A DNA stretch of 63,604 nt, the filler included, from Lophium mytilinum (Eukaryota): assembly GCA_010093605.1 (NCBI GenBank). It is 11 parts of 5 records of this genome, joined end to end, with 100 filler letters (N's around TTAATTAATTAA, not from the genome) between each part and the next. Parts side by side here need not be neighbours in the genome. Positions count along the whole stretch, not along the records: positions 1 to 25,975 come from MU004192.1; 10 more parts are not named here. The stretch is one strand, 5' to 3'. Position numbers and translations under genes: made by a program. Shown piece by piece: positions 1 to 13,779 of this stretch; position 1 is the first letter of the stretch; each line of letters opens with the position of its first letter. Under the pieces are notes generated by a model. It was given only the letters and a program-made list of their open reading frames with translations, made no database searches and was not told the DNA's origin.

Positions 1-1039
1 TAATTACTAATTATAGATAGAGATAGGTAGTAACTTATAATATAGATAACTAAATTAACTATAGGCTCCTTACTAATAATTAGTATCTTCTTCTTCTTAG
101 CTTAAATATATTAAACTATACTCCTAATCTTCTTTAGCTTCCCTAAATTAGCTAGTAGGTTAGTATACTATTTAGTAAGGGTACTTTCTAAGTCTATATA
201 ATCTATCTAGCCTGCATTTTTAATATCTTCTAGAGTAAAGGTTAGATTACTTATTAAGCTAAGCTCTTTCTATTGCGTCTTTAACTTAGCTAGCCTAGAA
301 ATTAATGTAAAAATCTAGGGCAGCCTCCTCTTACCTAAGCCCGTTAGGAAGGCGCCTAGGCTAAAGGAAGGCGGCGGCTTATTAATTACTACTCTATACC
401 TTAGCTATTCTTTATACTCTTCTTTAAGGTCTATATATCTCTCTCTAATAACTATATAGTACTTCTTAATAAAGGGTTTAAAGTAGTTAGATATACTAAC
501 TATTACCTGCTATATAATATAGAGCGGTATATCCCCTAAGAAAAGGCCGTCTAGGCTAAGGCTTATTAGTGTTCTATAGATGCTTATAGCTATAATTATA
601 TCTAATACTCTCTAGAGACGCCTAGATAATTTAGAATTATTCTATAGTTACCGCTCTTTCTCTATTTTTAAGGCGAGGTAGTAACCTCTAGCCCCTATAA
701 GGTTTCCTTAATTAATATACTAGAGGGTAGAGCCTTAATAAAGAATATTAAACTTATCCCCTTTATCTATATTCTCTTCCTCTAACTTCTTATCTAGAAA
801 AGTATTATCTAGGTTATCTTTAACATTAGTGTCTAAGTTAGTTAGGTCTACTATCTAAGTTAGCGTCTATAAACCTCTATATAGTATAACTATTAGATAT
901 AATAGAGTTTTAGGGCCGCGGAGAAAAGAAGTCCTACTATAGAATAAGCCTCTAGGGTAGCTATATAGATTAGTAGCCTTATTAAACCCTTCTAAGTTCT
1001 AGCCCTAATAAACCTAATTAAGTGTATAGTTAATATTTA

Positions 1040-3950
1040 CCTATTTATGTATAGTTAGGTGGAATGCATGCTAACACTATATAGACTTAATATAGCTAAA
1101 AGCTATAATATATAGAGATATATTATTAAATTCTAGGTAGAACTTATTAAAAAAAACAGCCCTATATATATATATAGGGGTTACTTTATTACTATATAAT
1201 AGGTTATAGAATATTATAAAGGTCTCTAGCGAGTTTAAATTCTTATTATATTTTTTATTAAAGGTCTCCGCGCTTATAATAATAAGGTAGGTTTTTACTC
1301 TTAGATTTAGCTTATACTATACCTAACTATTTATTTCTTAGTAGATAGGCCTAAGATTCTTCTAGTCTTTAGAGGTAAGGTTACCCTCTATAATGCTTCT
1401 ATATACACGCCGGATATAAAGTCTTTTACTAGAAACCTTAAAATTCTTATTCTTGCATTTAATATCTAGCTAGTATTTTACCTCCTTATAGGTCTAATTT
1501 AGTAGACTCTTCTTAGTAAGCTAAATAATGCAGCCTTTAATGCTACTAGAACGCGGAGTATTAGTGCTAGCCTCTCTAGCATAAGTAGTAAATGCTATTA
1601 ATATTTATAGAGTTTTTTCTATTCTAGGGGGGTTTATAAGAATTAGCCTACGCGCTCTACTAGTAAGACCTTAAATAATGCTATATATTCTAGCTACCTA
1701 GTATAGGGCCGCATGTATCTTTAGGTTAGTAGTTATTTCTAGTAGCTTAAAGGTTATATTACTAGAAAAATTCCTATATATTAGAGGTAAACTAAAAAAC
1801 TATAGTACCTTCTTAAATACTGCTATTAAGATATTCTTTATAGAGCTTAATATTAGGGCTATTATAGTAGTAATATTAATAGTATCTACCTCCTCTATAT
1901 TAGCTATAATTATCTTATTTATATCTATAGAGAGTTTAGTCTTACTAAGACTATATATATTAAATTTAAGTATAGCCGTAATATTAATACTACTAATTAC
2001 TATATTTTCTATAACTTAGATATTACTAGGGATAGTCTAGCTACTCTCTATAGTAACTGCAAGCGTATAGAGTTATTTTTAGGCGGTTAGGTACTAAGTA
2101 GTTCTAGGTCTAAGCGCTCTAAGCTACTATATAACCTTATTATAGATAATACTAGGCTAAATAGAATTATATATTAACTTAGTATATAGCTAGATAATAT
2201 TAAGTATCTATTAGATTAGTTACGCTTTCTTCTCTATTTATAGCTTCTATGCCTTCTTCTCTACTAGTAGTTTCTACTTTCTTTATTTCTCTTACTCTAC
2301 TATCTCTTCTAGCTATTTCTGCCTCTTTACTTTCTCTTTAGTCGCGGTCTTAGCTAGCTCTCTCTCCTTCTATTCTATCTACTTCTTAGCCTTCTCTACT
2401 ATTACTATATCTACTAGCTCTCTCTTCTTTATCTTTTTTTTCTTTATCTCTTTCTTCTTTTTTTCTTTCTCTACTTTTACTATTTCTACTAGCGCTTTCT
2501 CTACTAGCGCTTTCTCCGCTAGCTCTTTTTCTACTAACTCTTTCTTCTTCTTCTCTTTTTCTTTCTTTTCTCTCTCTGCTTTTACTATTTCTACTAGCTC
2601 TTTCTTTTTTTTTTCTTTCTCTTCTTTTACTATATCTACTAGCTATTTCTACTTCTTCTCTTTATTCTAGTCTATAGTAGAATTAACCTTATCTATATTA
2701 GCTATATATATATCTAGACTTATAATTAAGTTAATAATTATTTTATTTAGAGTATTAGCGGCGGTAGATTTAAATAGACTCTTAGCCGCAGTAGCCTTAG
2801 GCTTACTACAGCGGGGGCGTTTCTTAGCCGGGCAGATACTAGAGGGCGGGGACTTAAGAAAGTATAAACCTAGCTATATATTAGTTAGTAGTAATATTTA
2901 ATAATTAATAATAATTAATATATATCTAGTCTTAAGTTTAAATATTACCTTTCTAATATTAAGGCCCTTTACTATAAAACTAAGTACTATCTCTTTAGAT
3001 ATACTCTTTATTTCCTCTAATAGTATAGTTAGATAGAAGTTATTCTTTATTAACTTCTAGGTTCTATTAACTATAATAATATGCTCTAGAGGGTTAAAGT
3101 CTATAAAAGTTCTATTAATAGCTTCTAGAAACTTTATAAAGCTATAGTCTTCCGGCTCTAGGCCTTTACTACTAGACCTTATAAGATAGAGAGTAAAAAG
3201 GCGTCTAGTACTTTCCCGCTATAGTAGCTAGTATATTATAGCAAGGACCGCGTGCAATAGCTAGAGCTTAAATAGGGTATTTTAGGTAGTAATATCTAGG
3301 GATTTTATTAGAGAGCTAAGGCCTGCTAATACAACTAACTTTATAGATAAGGCTAACTTAGACTACTTCTACTTCTTATTACTTTTAATAATACTACTCT
3401 ATATCTTATATTTCTTATAGACTTTATACTAAATTAATATCTAATACACTTACTTCTACTTAGCTAATATAGAAGACTTTTTAAATATATAACTCTATAT
3501 ATCTATAAAAAGTATATATATTTTAAACTAAGTATTTAAGTAGGCATTATTCTTACTATAGTTATTTTAGCCTAGTTGTAAGAGATATTTTATCTATAGG
3601 TATGCTTTAGAGTTCTCTATTAGTATAAATAAGTTAGCTTCTATCTAGCGCTATACCTTAGAAGCTAGACCTAAGCTAGCTATAATATTTATTTAACTTA
3701 AGTAGCCTTTAGAGTTCTTAGTAAAATTAGATACCGCCTTACTCTATATAAATATATTATATAGCAGATTTACTAGAGGTATTATAGCCTTTCTCTAAGT
3801 AGGTCTAGAGTGTTAGCGGCTACTATAGGGAGGCTGGCAGCTATAGTAGTTATCTAGCTTATTTAGCTCTAAATTGCTATTATAGTCTACTTAACTAGAG
3901 TCTATACTTAATAACTATTTATCTAGATTAAACTCCTTATTATTTTAATT
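1040..3950 (-). pseudogene. RIPed cargo gene with K/E/A-rich coiled-coil repeat region, function unknown
   Basis: Minus strand of 2280-2660 de-RIPs to EKELAEKALAEKALAE..KAEKEKKKKE. One frame continues through about 1040-2000 with only RIP-type TAA/TAG stops. A fungal-type intron (GTAATA...CTAAC...TAG) lies at about 2871-2948 on the minus strand. Boundaries are approximate. Confidence 0.55.
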
Positions 3951-5599
3951 ATTAGGGAGGCGTTATTAGTAACTAGTGCATTAATCTAATTCTTTAGCTA
4001 TATTAGGTAAATAAGATAAAAAGTTAGGGTATAAGAAAGGTAGATAGAAGGGGGCGGGGTTAGTAGATAGAATAGTGTTATGCAGTAATGCGGGTAAGAG
4101 CGGGCAGAAGGCTAATAATATTAGATAAATAGTAATAGTAAGTAATAAGTAAGGTAGTTACTTACCTATAAAGTTATAATAGTAGACGCCACTTATAGTA
4201 TAATTAACCTTAAAATTACGCGTGTTAAAAAATAAGGCGACTATAGCAGAAGATATATAAATCCGCGCGCGCTAGTAATAAAAGTAGCTACTTTTAGTTA
4301 TACTTTTAAATAGGTATAATATCTATTAAAGAAGTACTTATAGAGTAGTACTAGAAATATAGTAAGTATAGGTAAGCCTAAAGCGTAGAGAAGGAAGTTA
4401 GTATATAAGGGAGGGAGAAGAAGAAGAAGAGAGAGAGGAAAGAGAGAGATAGAGGAGGAGGAGGATAAAGAAGGAAAGATAGGTAAGAATAGTAGATAAA
4501 AATTAGAATTAAAAGGCTAGATAGAAGATAAAGTTTAAAGTGGCGCATAATTAAGTATATAATTAGTAAATAGGCTATATTATAATATAATAGAAGTAAA
4601 GAGTTATATAGCTTAAAAAACTCTACTACTTAATAATTAGTAATAATTAGCCTCTACCTTAATATTTATCTATACCTATTAGCTTTTAGTAACACTTAAT
4701 AGATTAGTAATAACTTCTACCTAATATTACCTTCTACTTGCCTAGGTTAGTTAATATAGGGAGAAAGGCTAATTTCTATATATAGGTGCCCCCCCCTATT
4801 ATTTAAGTTAGTATTATAAGCTCTACTAAATTAGCGGCTAATAGATTAAGGTTCTTAAAATAGAAAGAGAAGTTAGCTATAGCTATCTAAAAAGGTACTA
4901 TACTGCTTATTATTATCTAAGCTACTACGCGCCTCTCTACCTCTAATAGTAGCTTATTATCTACTAAAGTTACACCCTATAAGCTAGTAGGTAGTAGCAC
5001 TAATTTATATATTTTCTTACTATCTACTCTTTTTATAAGTATTACTAATTTAGCTTATACTATAGAATAGCTTACTTACCTACTTTCTCCCTTACTAAAT
5101 AAGTACTCTTACCCTCTAGCCTTTTTACTAGCGCGCACACCGCCTCTATATAGAGAACGCCTACTTTAACCTACCTAGAAAGACTAGCATTACCTACCTA
5201 TATATTTATTATACTCCTTATTTACTTACTTACCCCTACTAGCGCTAGGCTAACTATAGTCTATATTTAACTAGCCTATATATCTCTCTCTCTTATAGCC
5301 CTCCGCTACTCTAGGCGGCGCTTTCTAGAGGCTCTACTTAGTAGTTTCTGCTCTCTCTCTATCTCTTATAGCTTGCGCTCTAATAACTAGGTTAGCGCGC
5401 TTTTTTTTGCGGATTTAGCCTTTCTAGAAGTAGTAGAATTATATAGTTATATCTTATAGGCCACGCCTCTAGAATATATATAAATTAGTAATACTTAGGT
5501 TTACCTATTATAGTATGCTATAAGGCTAACCCTTAAGTATAGCTTAAAATTAGTAGAGGCAGGTTAAAAGTAGATAAGAAAGATAATAGGGCAATACTT

Positions 5600-8500
5600 A
5601 GATATTTAGGGGACTAATTAACTACTATATAGTACTTATATTCTACTAGATAATTTAGCCATTAAATGCGCATTTAGATAAAAGCCTCTTAATATAACTA
5701 ATATCTTACTAGACGCAATAGTACTTAGTTCTAATCTAATTATTAGCCTAATATTATACTAGCCTTAACTCTAACCCTCTAGAAGGTAGCTGCCGCTATA
5801 GTAACTTACGCCTTCTATAATAATAGCTAATATACTACCGGCGCATATTAGACTAAAGCCCTAAACTCTTTTAATAATCTACTTACTATTAAATTACGGC
5901 CTTTTCTCTAACCCCGACTATTTTATTTAGAATATAAGCGTATCTACCTATACTAATACTAACTAACTATTTAAATATATTAGGCCTAATAGTAATATAT
6001 AGTCTAGAATAGTAAAGGCTAATATACTTTAAATAGAGACTAAGTAGTAAGTCTAGCTTATGCGCAGTAGTATCTAGACTTAATAGACTAATCTATATAT
6101 AGAGAGGTTACTACTAAGCTCTTCTTCTAACTCTACTCTAAGGGCGCTAACTAATTCTTTAATCTTCTATATAGTATACATAAAATCTTAGTTATAAGGG
6201 ATAAATTAAATAAACTATAGAAAGCGGAACTTAAGAAGATACTTACTACTTAAAAGACTATAATATAGTCTACTAATAGGTCTAAGTCTATAGTAACCTT
6301 TAAAGAGAAATATAGCAACCTTTAAAAGCGCTAGAAATATACTAAATACTAACTTAATTCTATAGTAAATATCCTAATCTTAAAAGGCTAAATAGGGGTA
6401 ATAGACGCCTACGCTCTTACTATTATTCTAATAACTATACCTAATGCCACCTATATAGTAAAGCTTACTAAGGCGCTATAAGACTAAAAGCTACTAAAGT
6501 AAGTTATAATTAAGTACTAATTTAGAATCTCTACTTAGATGCGCCCTAGCCTACCTACTAATATACTAGGTATATAATAGTACACTTACTCTTATTATTT
6601 TAATCTAGATACGCGTAAACTATAAAAGGTAGCCTTTATAAATAAGCCTAAGTACTGCTATAACTTTACTATTAAGGGCACCCTTAAGATTCTTAAGATT
6701 CTAGAAGAACACCTACCGCCCTTATTTAGAGGCTAGATAATTAGGTATAATACTAACGCGACTGCTAGTAAAGAGCTAGCGGAGGTCCCTATCTTCCTTA
6801 CTATTATTCTAACCTAACTAGCCACCCCTACTAAGCTAGTAGAACCCCGTAAGATGTTAATATAGAACGCTATTTACTACGTAAGGGTTTAAGATAAATA
6901 TAAGTCTTATATTAGTCTACCTTAGAATCTATATTTTAAATAGTATATACCTATTATCTTATATATAATCTATAGAGAATTAGCTAATAGAAGTCTAGCC
7001 TTATAANNNNNNNNNNNNNNNNNNNNNNNNNNNNNNNNNNNNNNNNNNNNNNNNNNNNNNNNNNNNNNNNNNNNNNNNNNNNNNNNNNNNNNNNNNNNNN
7101 NNNNNNNNNNNNNNNNNNNNNNNNNNNNNNNNNNNNNNNNNNNNNNNNNNNNNNNNNNNNNNNNNNNNNNNNNNNNNNNNNNNNNNNNNNNNNNNNNNNN
7201 NNNNNNNNNNNNNNNNATACTGGATTATATTCTATAGCTAAGCGGACTCTCTACTTAATACTATCTATACTAATAAGAAGTTTAAGGCTATAATAATAGA
7301 TAGTTTTACCTAGATATACCTAGTTATATCTATACTAGATACTCTAGAGAAGTTAGCATCTATAGAAGTATAAGCTAGAGAATTTTATAGCCTTAAGTAG
7401 CCCCTAAATCTACTATAAACTATACCCCCGCTTCTAGAGTTATAGAAGGCTAAACTTCTTACCTAAACTAACCTACTATTTATTAGAATTATAGAGTACC
7501 TACTAGTGCTCTAGCGCAACTACTATACCTACTCTTCTATTAATACTCTAAGTAAGTATATAGACCTAGATTATATTCTCTATTTTAAGGTTACTACTTC
7601 TAATATAGAGGAGTAAAGTCTAGATAATAAGTGCTAGCATGCTACTTAGATAGTATATAAAAATATTACCCGGCGTACTATACTAGTTAACTTATTATAG
7701 AAATAGGTTAATGCCTAGACTTATAAAGAGTTTTATAAGGTATTATATAACGCAGCTACTAAAATACTTATAGTATTACCTATAACGCTAAATATAGTAA
7801 ATATAATAAATAATATAGTAGAGGGCTTTATAGACGCAACTAAGCCCCTTTATATATATCTAGATTAGTACTAGGTTTTAATAATAAAGGATTATATACT
7901 GCTAGAGAAACTATATACTATTAATATTTTCTACTAAGGCCGCTCTAACTAGTTTCTATCCCCGTTTAAGTTAGTATAGGTTGCGGTTAAGTAAGTTTAT
8001 AACTTTAAGATAACTAGTAAACTAGAAGGGTATAGTAAATATAATATTAAGAATATTCTTAGGTACTATACTAAGGTACTAGATAAGTTTAAGGCTGGCT
8101 AGGCTAAGGCTAGCGATAGTATAGAGGGGGATAAATAGAATACTACTAAAGTCTACTATATTAATAGTCTAATCTTCTATATAGACTGCTATATAGCTAG
8201 AGGTTTTACTATATTTATCTAAGAACTAATTACTAATAGTACTATTAACTATTATAAAGTAAGTAGCTACCTAGTAGTTAGCTATTACTACTCCGCCTTT
8301 AGCTATAATAGAAGTAATAACTTCTACTCTAAGTATAATACCGGCGAAGATAATAATACTAACTAAGACGGTATCTATACGCTATACTTAGGCGATAATA
8401 AATTAATACGCTAGCAGCTAACTATCTTAGATTATATTTATAAGGCTATTCTAGACCTTAAGAACTGCGCTAGGCTCCTTAATAGAGATAGTAATAGTAG

Positions 8501-8950
8501 TAATAACTTAAACGCGCAAGATAATTATAGACTATAGAATCTGCGTAAAGATAAGCTTAGCTAGAGAATATAAAACTATATAGCTAAAGTATTAGCTAAA
8601 ATATAGTAAGTAGTAGAAGGCTACTATAATTAGAAATAATTAATAATAATTAAAAATAATTAGATATCCTGCAGGCGGCCCGGGTAGACTATAGTATAAA
8701 AGTTGCTGCTAGCACTAGTTATAGGCGCCGGTAACTTAGATAGAAGGTAGCATCCCCGCTACTAATTTAGAAGTATTAGTAATCTAGAAGTCTTCTATAC
8801 CTATATACTTAATTTAAAATACTAAGTTATTATTATATTTACTATAGGTTATATATATAAATACTAGATAGTAATATATATAGCCTATAAGCTAATATCT
8901 TCCTAGAGCTAAATATCTACTAGCCTAATTTCTAGCACTATTAATAAGGG
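5600..8950 (+). pseudogene. RIPed long cargo ORF (about 1000 codons), product not recognised
   Basis: One + frame from about 5985 to 8950 is interrupted only by TAA/TAG codons revertible to Q/W/R/E (gap bridged using copy B). An intron-like 'ctaactaac...attag' lies at about 5958-5983. The region is repeated at about 23620-25602 and 28128-29531. Confidence 0.5.
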
Positions 8951-9995
8951 CTTAACAATTCTTTAGCTTCCCTGTTAACCCGGTATAAAATAGGGCCTAG
9001 AGTTTCGCCGGGGTGTTATTATAAAAGTAGCTAAAGAACTTAACCTACTTCTAATAGCGCGGTATAGACTATTAAAGAAAGGCTTAAGCACTCTTATAAT
9101 CTATAAGAAGATAGTTCTCTACTTTTACTACTTACTAGTTCTTATAAGTTATCTACTCTCTATCTACCTTATTCTTATTAAGCGTAGTTATTACTAATAT
9201 GTATACCGCTAATTCTACCGCGTATAAGAGGCTTAAGTAGCTAAATTAGTAATATTATAAAACTCTCTACCTAACTAGCGCCTTCTAGCTATTATCTAAT
9301 TTTGCGCCGGCCGAGAGAGACGCAGAGTTTAACCTAGGCTACTTAATGCGCATTTAATATTACTATCTTACAGCCGTTCTATAACTAGTACTTACTCTAG
9401 CGGCCGTCTTTTTAATAACGCTAGCACCCTTAGTAGATATCTATTAACTCTATTCTACTAGACTAGTAATATATCGCCGCCTAGTACTTACCTTATAGAA
9501 GAGAGTAACGCGCTTAAACTTAGTATCTTCTTCTATATTACCTAGATAGTACTTACCTAGAGTTAAGAGTTCTTTACTATAGCTAGTAACTATAGTAGGA
9601 AGTTAGATACTAGAAATTAGTAAGAGGTAATACTTACTTTTAATATACGCCGTGCTATTAAAACTAGAGAAACTAGATATAACTACTAGTATACGCTTAA
9701 AACTATACCTACTATAAAGGTTTATACTAGCTATAAAAAATATAGAAATAATAGAAATAATTATATATAGGCTTTAGAGTTATAGTTTAAGAAAGTAAGC
9801 TATAGTTTTTAATGCGTAGATACGTTAAGGTTCCAGGCTAATAGAATAGCCCGCCCTCTATTAGAACGCGTTATATGCTATTAAAGAATAATAAGTACTA
9901 TATACTAGCCTATAATCTAATATAATCTATAATAATTACTTGCAATCTATAAGTTTCTATATAGGGCTAACTAAATTTAACTAGAAATAGGGTAT

Positions 9996-12900
9996 ATACC
10001 TTCTACTAAATATAGATACTACTATAAGTTATTTTAAATACTTAGCGCCCTAAATAAATATATACCGTGCTGTAAAAAGCTTCTTAAAATACTATAGCGG
10101 GTCCCGCTTACTAATACTAGAACTACTAGATCTATAATCTAGTCTTATATACTCTATATTATTTAGATAATAGACGGGATATTATTTAGAATGCCTAGAT
10201 TACTACTAGTAAGTCTACCCCTACTAGCTAACCCCTATAATAAGATAGAGTATAAGATAAATAGAATAGAGCTATATATCTCTAGTAAACTAAAAGAGTA
10301 CTAGAGTCTGCCTTCTATAAATAGAGGCCCTATAAGCTTAATATATAATAACCTACTAGAGGCTACTAAATTCTATATTCTATACTAATAAGGCTAACTA
10401 ATAATATTATCCATATTATTACTATAAGAGAAAGTATATCCCTCTACTAAATTAGGCATGCCCGCAGGGGCGTCTATTAGACAGGCTAATACTAGATAGT
10501 AGATGTAAGTATTATTAGGGACTACTATCCCCCCCGCCTATAAAGGCGGCATTAGAGCTTACTAACTAGTTACTCTATTATAGGGACTAATCCCCCTTCC
10601 ATCTATTTTAATTAGCGTTTAACTATACTTTTATATTATAGCTTTAGTAGATTAGCTGCACTAAGAATAATATTAACCTACTATTTAATAATATCTACCT
10701 TAAGAGTATATTCTCTAACTCCCTTATATTTATATTAGGCAATTTATAGAATAGTAAACTAGAGAAAATTAGATATAGCATTAGTAATACTAACTGCATA
10801 GTAGAGATACTGCATTTCCTAAGTAAAAAATAAAGCTTAAGTAGAGAGTAGTATCTAGTATACTACTTTAATATAATAGCAGCTATATTATTTCTAATTA
10901 GACACTGCTCTTTCTATAATTACCTTATATTTATACTAGTTTAAGTCTATAATATAGAAGGCTAGCAGGTATATACTAAGTTATATATATTAGACTAGTA
11001 GTAGTAGACTTAGTTAAAGCTTCCAGCGGGGGCTATAGTAATACCTATCTTACTCTCTATAGATAAGATATAGCTTACCTAATATTATAGTAATAAGAGC
11101 GTATAGCTAGTCTATCTAACTATTAGCAATCTAGATAGAACTACGCGGCACTTAAATATATTACCTAGCACCCTACTACTAGGCTTTATACTAAGTATAG
11201 TAGATAAAGAAGACTACTTAAAGTATTAGCTATACTATAGCTCTTTAGGCTATATTCTTAGGTATTAGTAAAATTCTTACTAATACTAAGCGGTTTTCTA
11301 ATATAAAATAAGCTATTATAGAATATACTACTAATAGAATTATACTAGAATATAGGGATAGTAAGAATTAAAGGTGCTATCTAGTATTATACGGGATTAT
11401 AGCTAATTATAAAGAATAGAGCCTACTTATAAATATTAAATTTAGAAAATACTATACTATATACTAGGTACTATTATATTAACACAAAGACCTAGAGACT
11501 AAATACACTATAAGATCTTACTACTTAACTATTATTTAGATTAAATAGCAACGTAATAATAAAGAGTATTTAAAACTTCTACTAAATAAAGCGCTATATA
11601 ATATAGAGGCTATAGAGCTTAATATAGAGTTATATATATATTCTATAAATAACTTTACCTAGAAATACCCCTATACTAATATCTACTAGATAATAATAAT
11701 AGATATTCTATACTAACTATTTATAGGCGTTATTTATAACCTTATTAAATAGGTCTAGCTACTAGTAGTAGAGGTCTACACCCCAGCAATTAAAAGAAAA
11801 GATGCCCGTGTCCTAATAGAAAATAAGAGCAGCTTAACCTAGCTAGATAAGTAATTTAAGAACGTGCCGCCTTTCCCGGGTCTATCTATATTTAATAAGA
11901 AGAATTTTAGTAAACTCTTATAGTATACTAGCTCTAAATAAAAGTCTATAGCCCGCTAGCTTATAGTAGTAGTAGCACTGCTGCTAGAAGTAAAGGCGCT
12001 AAACGCGCTCTAGTTTATCTATATAATGCTTAATTTTACTATTCTAGTATAGTATAAAATGCATAATAAGGCTATACTAAAGTATATAGAGCTAGTAATA
12101 GCTTAAATTAATATATATAAGTTAGAATTTAGAACATTTAGACCTAGGAATAAGAATAGAAACTATACCTTCTACTATCTAAAATTTTATATTATGCAGC
12201 ACTACGTTAATTTTATATAGAAATTTAGCGCTATTAATAGCTATAACACCAGCTTAAATAGTAAAGTAAAATACTAACACCTAGTTAAATTACAGTATTA
12301 GTTAATAAACTATAAGAACTTTCTACTCTAGATTTACTAATTAAACTAGAGACTTATAAATAACTAGGCTATAAATAATATACTAAACTACTAATATTAC
12401 TATCCTTAACCGGCAGTAATAAGAGATATGCTAATGTAATAGATAATAGTATTAGAAAGTATTAATATCTTAAACTTTAAATAGCCTAGATATAATAATT
12501 TCTATAAAGGCTAAATAGTATACTATTTAAAAGTAAGTATTAAGTATATAGCTAATATAAGCTGGAAGCTAAACTTTATAGCCGCCGCCGCTATATTTAT
12601 TTAAGAAGAGAGGCGTAAGATCTAAGGCTAATATACTAAGCCTAGCAGCCTAGATATATTAGACCCTAATCTATTCTAGGTTAGCTACCTCTAGCTTAAG
12701 TTCTATACTAGTATTTTATGTTAAAAGCAATTAGGTACTAGTAAGAACCTAGAAAGCCTTATAAAAGAAAATCTATAGTGTAACTCTAAGTAGTAGAACT
12801 AAGAATAGTAACGCAACTATCTATAGGTATAAGAGTATAGCTTAGACTATACTAAAAATAGAAAGACGCGCATTAGTATTACTAATGGGAGGTTAGTAGG

Positions 12901-13456
12901 GTAGCTATAATTTATAGTAACTATTATAGACCCTATTCTAAAGGGTAAAGACACCCTATAGGTAGTATACTCTAGAGTTTTTATTTACCTTCTAGCGCTA
13001 ATTAATAATAGGAAGCTATATTATATCTATAGCCTAGTAGAGGTAGCTTTTTAGGCTTCTAATAATAGCTACTACTAATAAAAGCTAGAAGTATATTAAT
13101 TCTATCTACTACTATAAGTTCTCTAAAGTGCATATATTATACTAGCTACCTCTAGCCTAGACTCTACCTGTTTTTTTATTAATAACTATATTAACTAGAA
13201 TTAATATAATATACTCTATATAGAAGACTAGAAGATAGAAGTATAAGAGGTAATAAGGTAGTACTAGCTTAGCGGTTGCGCTAAAGAGATTAAAGCTGCC
13301 CTAAGAGTTAAAGATGCAGCGGAGTTTTTAGTAAAGCGCGCAAGAGTAAGAGTACTTACTAACGCCTCTCTTCTATAACTAAGCTAGTAAATACTAAGAA
13401 GCAGTATAGTAAAGAGGGGCTATAGTACTAGTAAGTAATAGCGTAGGTAGAAATAA
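9996..13456 (+). pseudogene. Plavaka-family transposase (Pfam Plavaka-like), RIP-inactivated
   Basis: De-RIPed motifs occur in the expected order: N-terminal C-x2-C...H-x3-C finger (about 10011-10073); PFHPF (about 10594); RVYTE..SDWWW.TQ.KLPAGATVIPILLS.DKTQLT (about 10966-11079); WPVYLTIGNL; CYPVL.GI.ADYEEQ..L..K..K.C..C (about 11375-11470); DILHQLF.G (about 11702); LDKRFKNVPPFPGL (11843-11884); PKFH.MQHY..FI..FG..DGYDT (about 12179-12250); FFINNYIDW.QYN.LY (about 13172-13220). An intron GTAAGT..CTAAC..TAG at 10505-10583 restores the frame. A second probable intron lies near 11264-11312. Confidence 0.9.
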
Positions 13457-13779
13457 GGCCGCAAGGAAAGATATTCTTAATTTTTCCCTACTATTAAGAG
13501 ATAATTAAGTATTATTTAGCTTTATTAACCTCTAAGGCTAATTAACGCAAGATAATAACTGTGTACTTTTCTATATAATTTCTATAAAACTAGGTAATAC
13601 TAGTATACCCCGCTAGCGCTGCCTTACTTTACTTTTTAAAATTGCATGTTGCTATCTTTACCTGTTTCCCTTTACTAATAACGGCCGCCTAATTAAATTT
13701 ACCGGCTACTTAAACTTACTACCCTCTAATTACTTTCTTTTCTTAATACTTTATAGTAATTAACCCTAAATAGCGCCTA

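Noticed and set aside
1040..1080. RING finger from C.HAFH on the minus strand
   Set aside because: The required downstream cysteine cannot be recovered by reversing RIP, and the other ligands are not evident.
1160..1179. Palindrome ccctatatatatatataggg and other TA runs as hairpins or terminators
   Set aside because: TA runs are an expected by-product of RIP.
1942..4709. The 1942-4709 / 19781-22548 direct repeat as giant LTRs
   Set aside because: Homology continues far beyond the gap, starts mid-ORF, and no gag/pol lies between the repeats.
6500..6550. Upf1-like SF1 helicase motif (QFRIS resembling QYRMH)
   Set aside because: No Walker A or correctly ordered Walker B is found upstream.
7007..7217. 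Insertion in copy A at the 211-N gap
   Set aside because: Copy B has only about 53 bp there. Gap-size overestimation explains this and no inserted sequence is visible.
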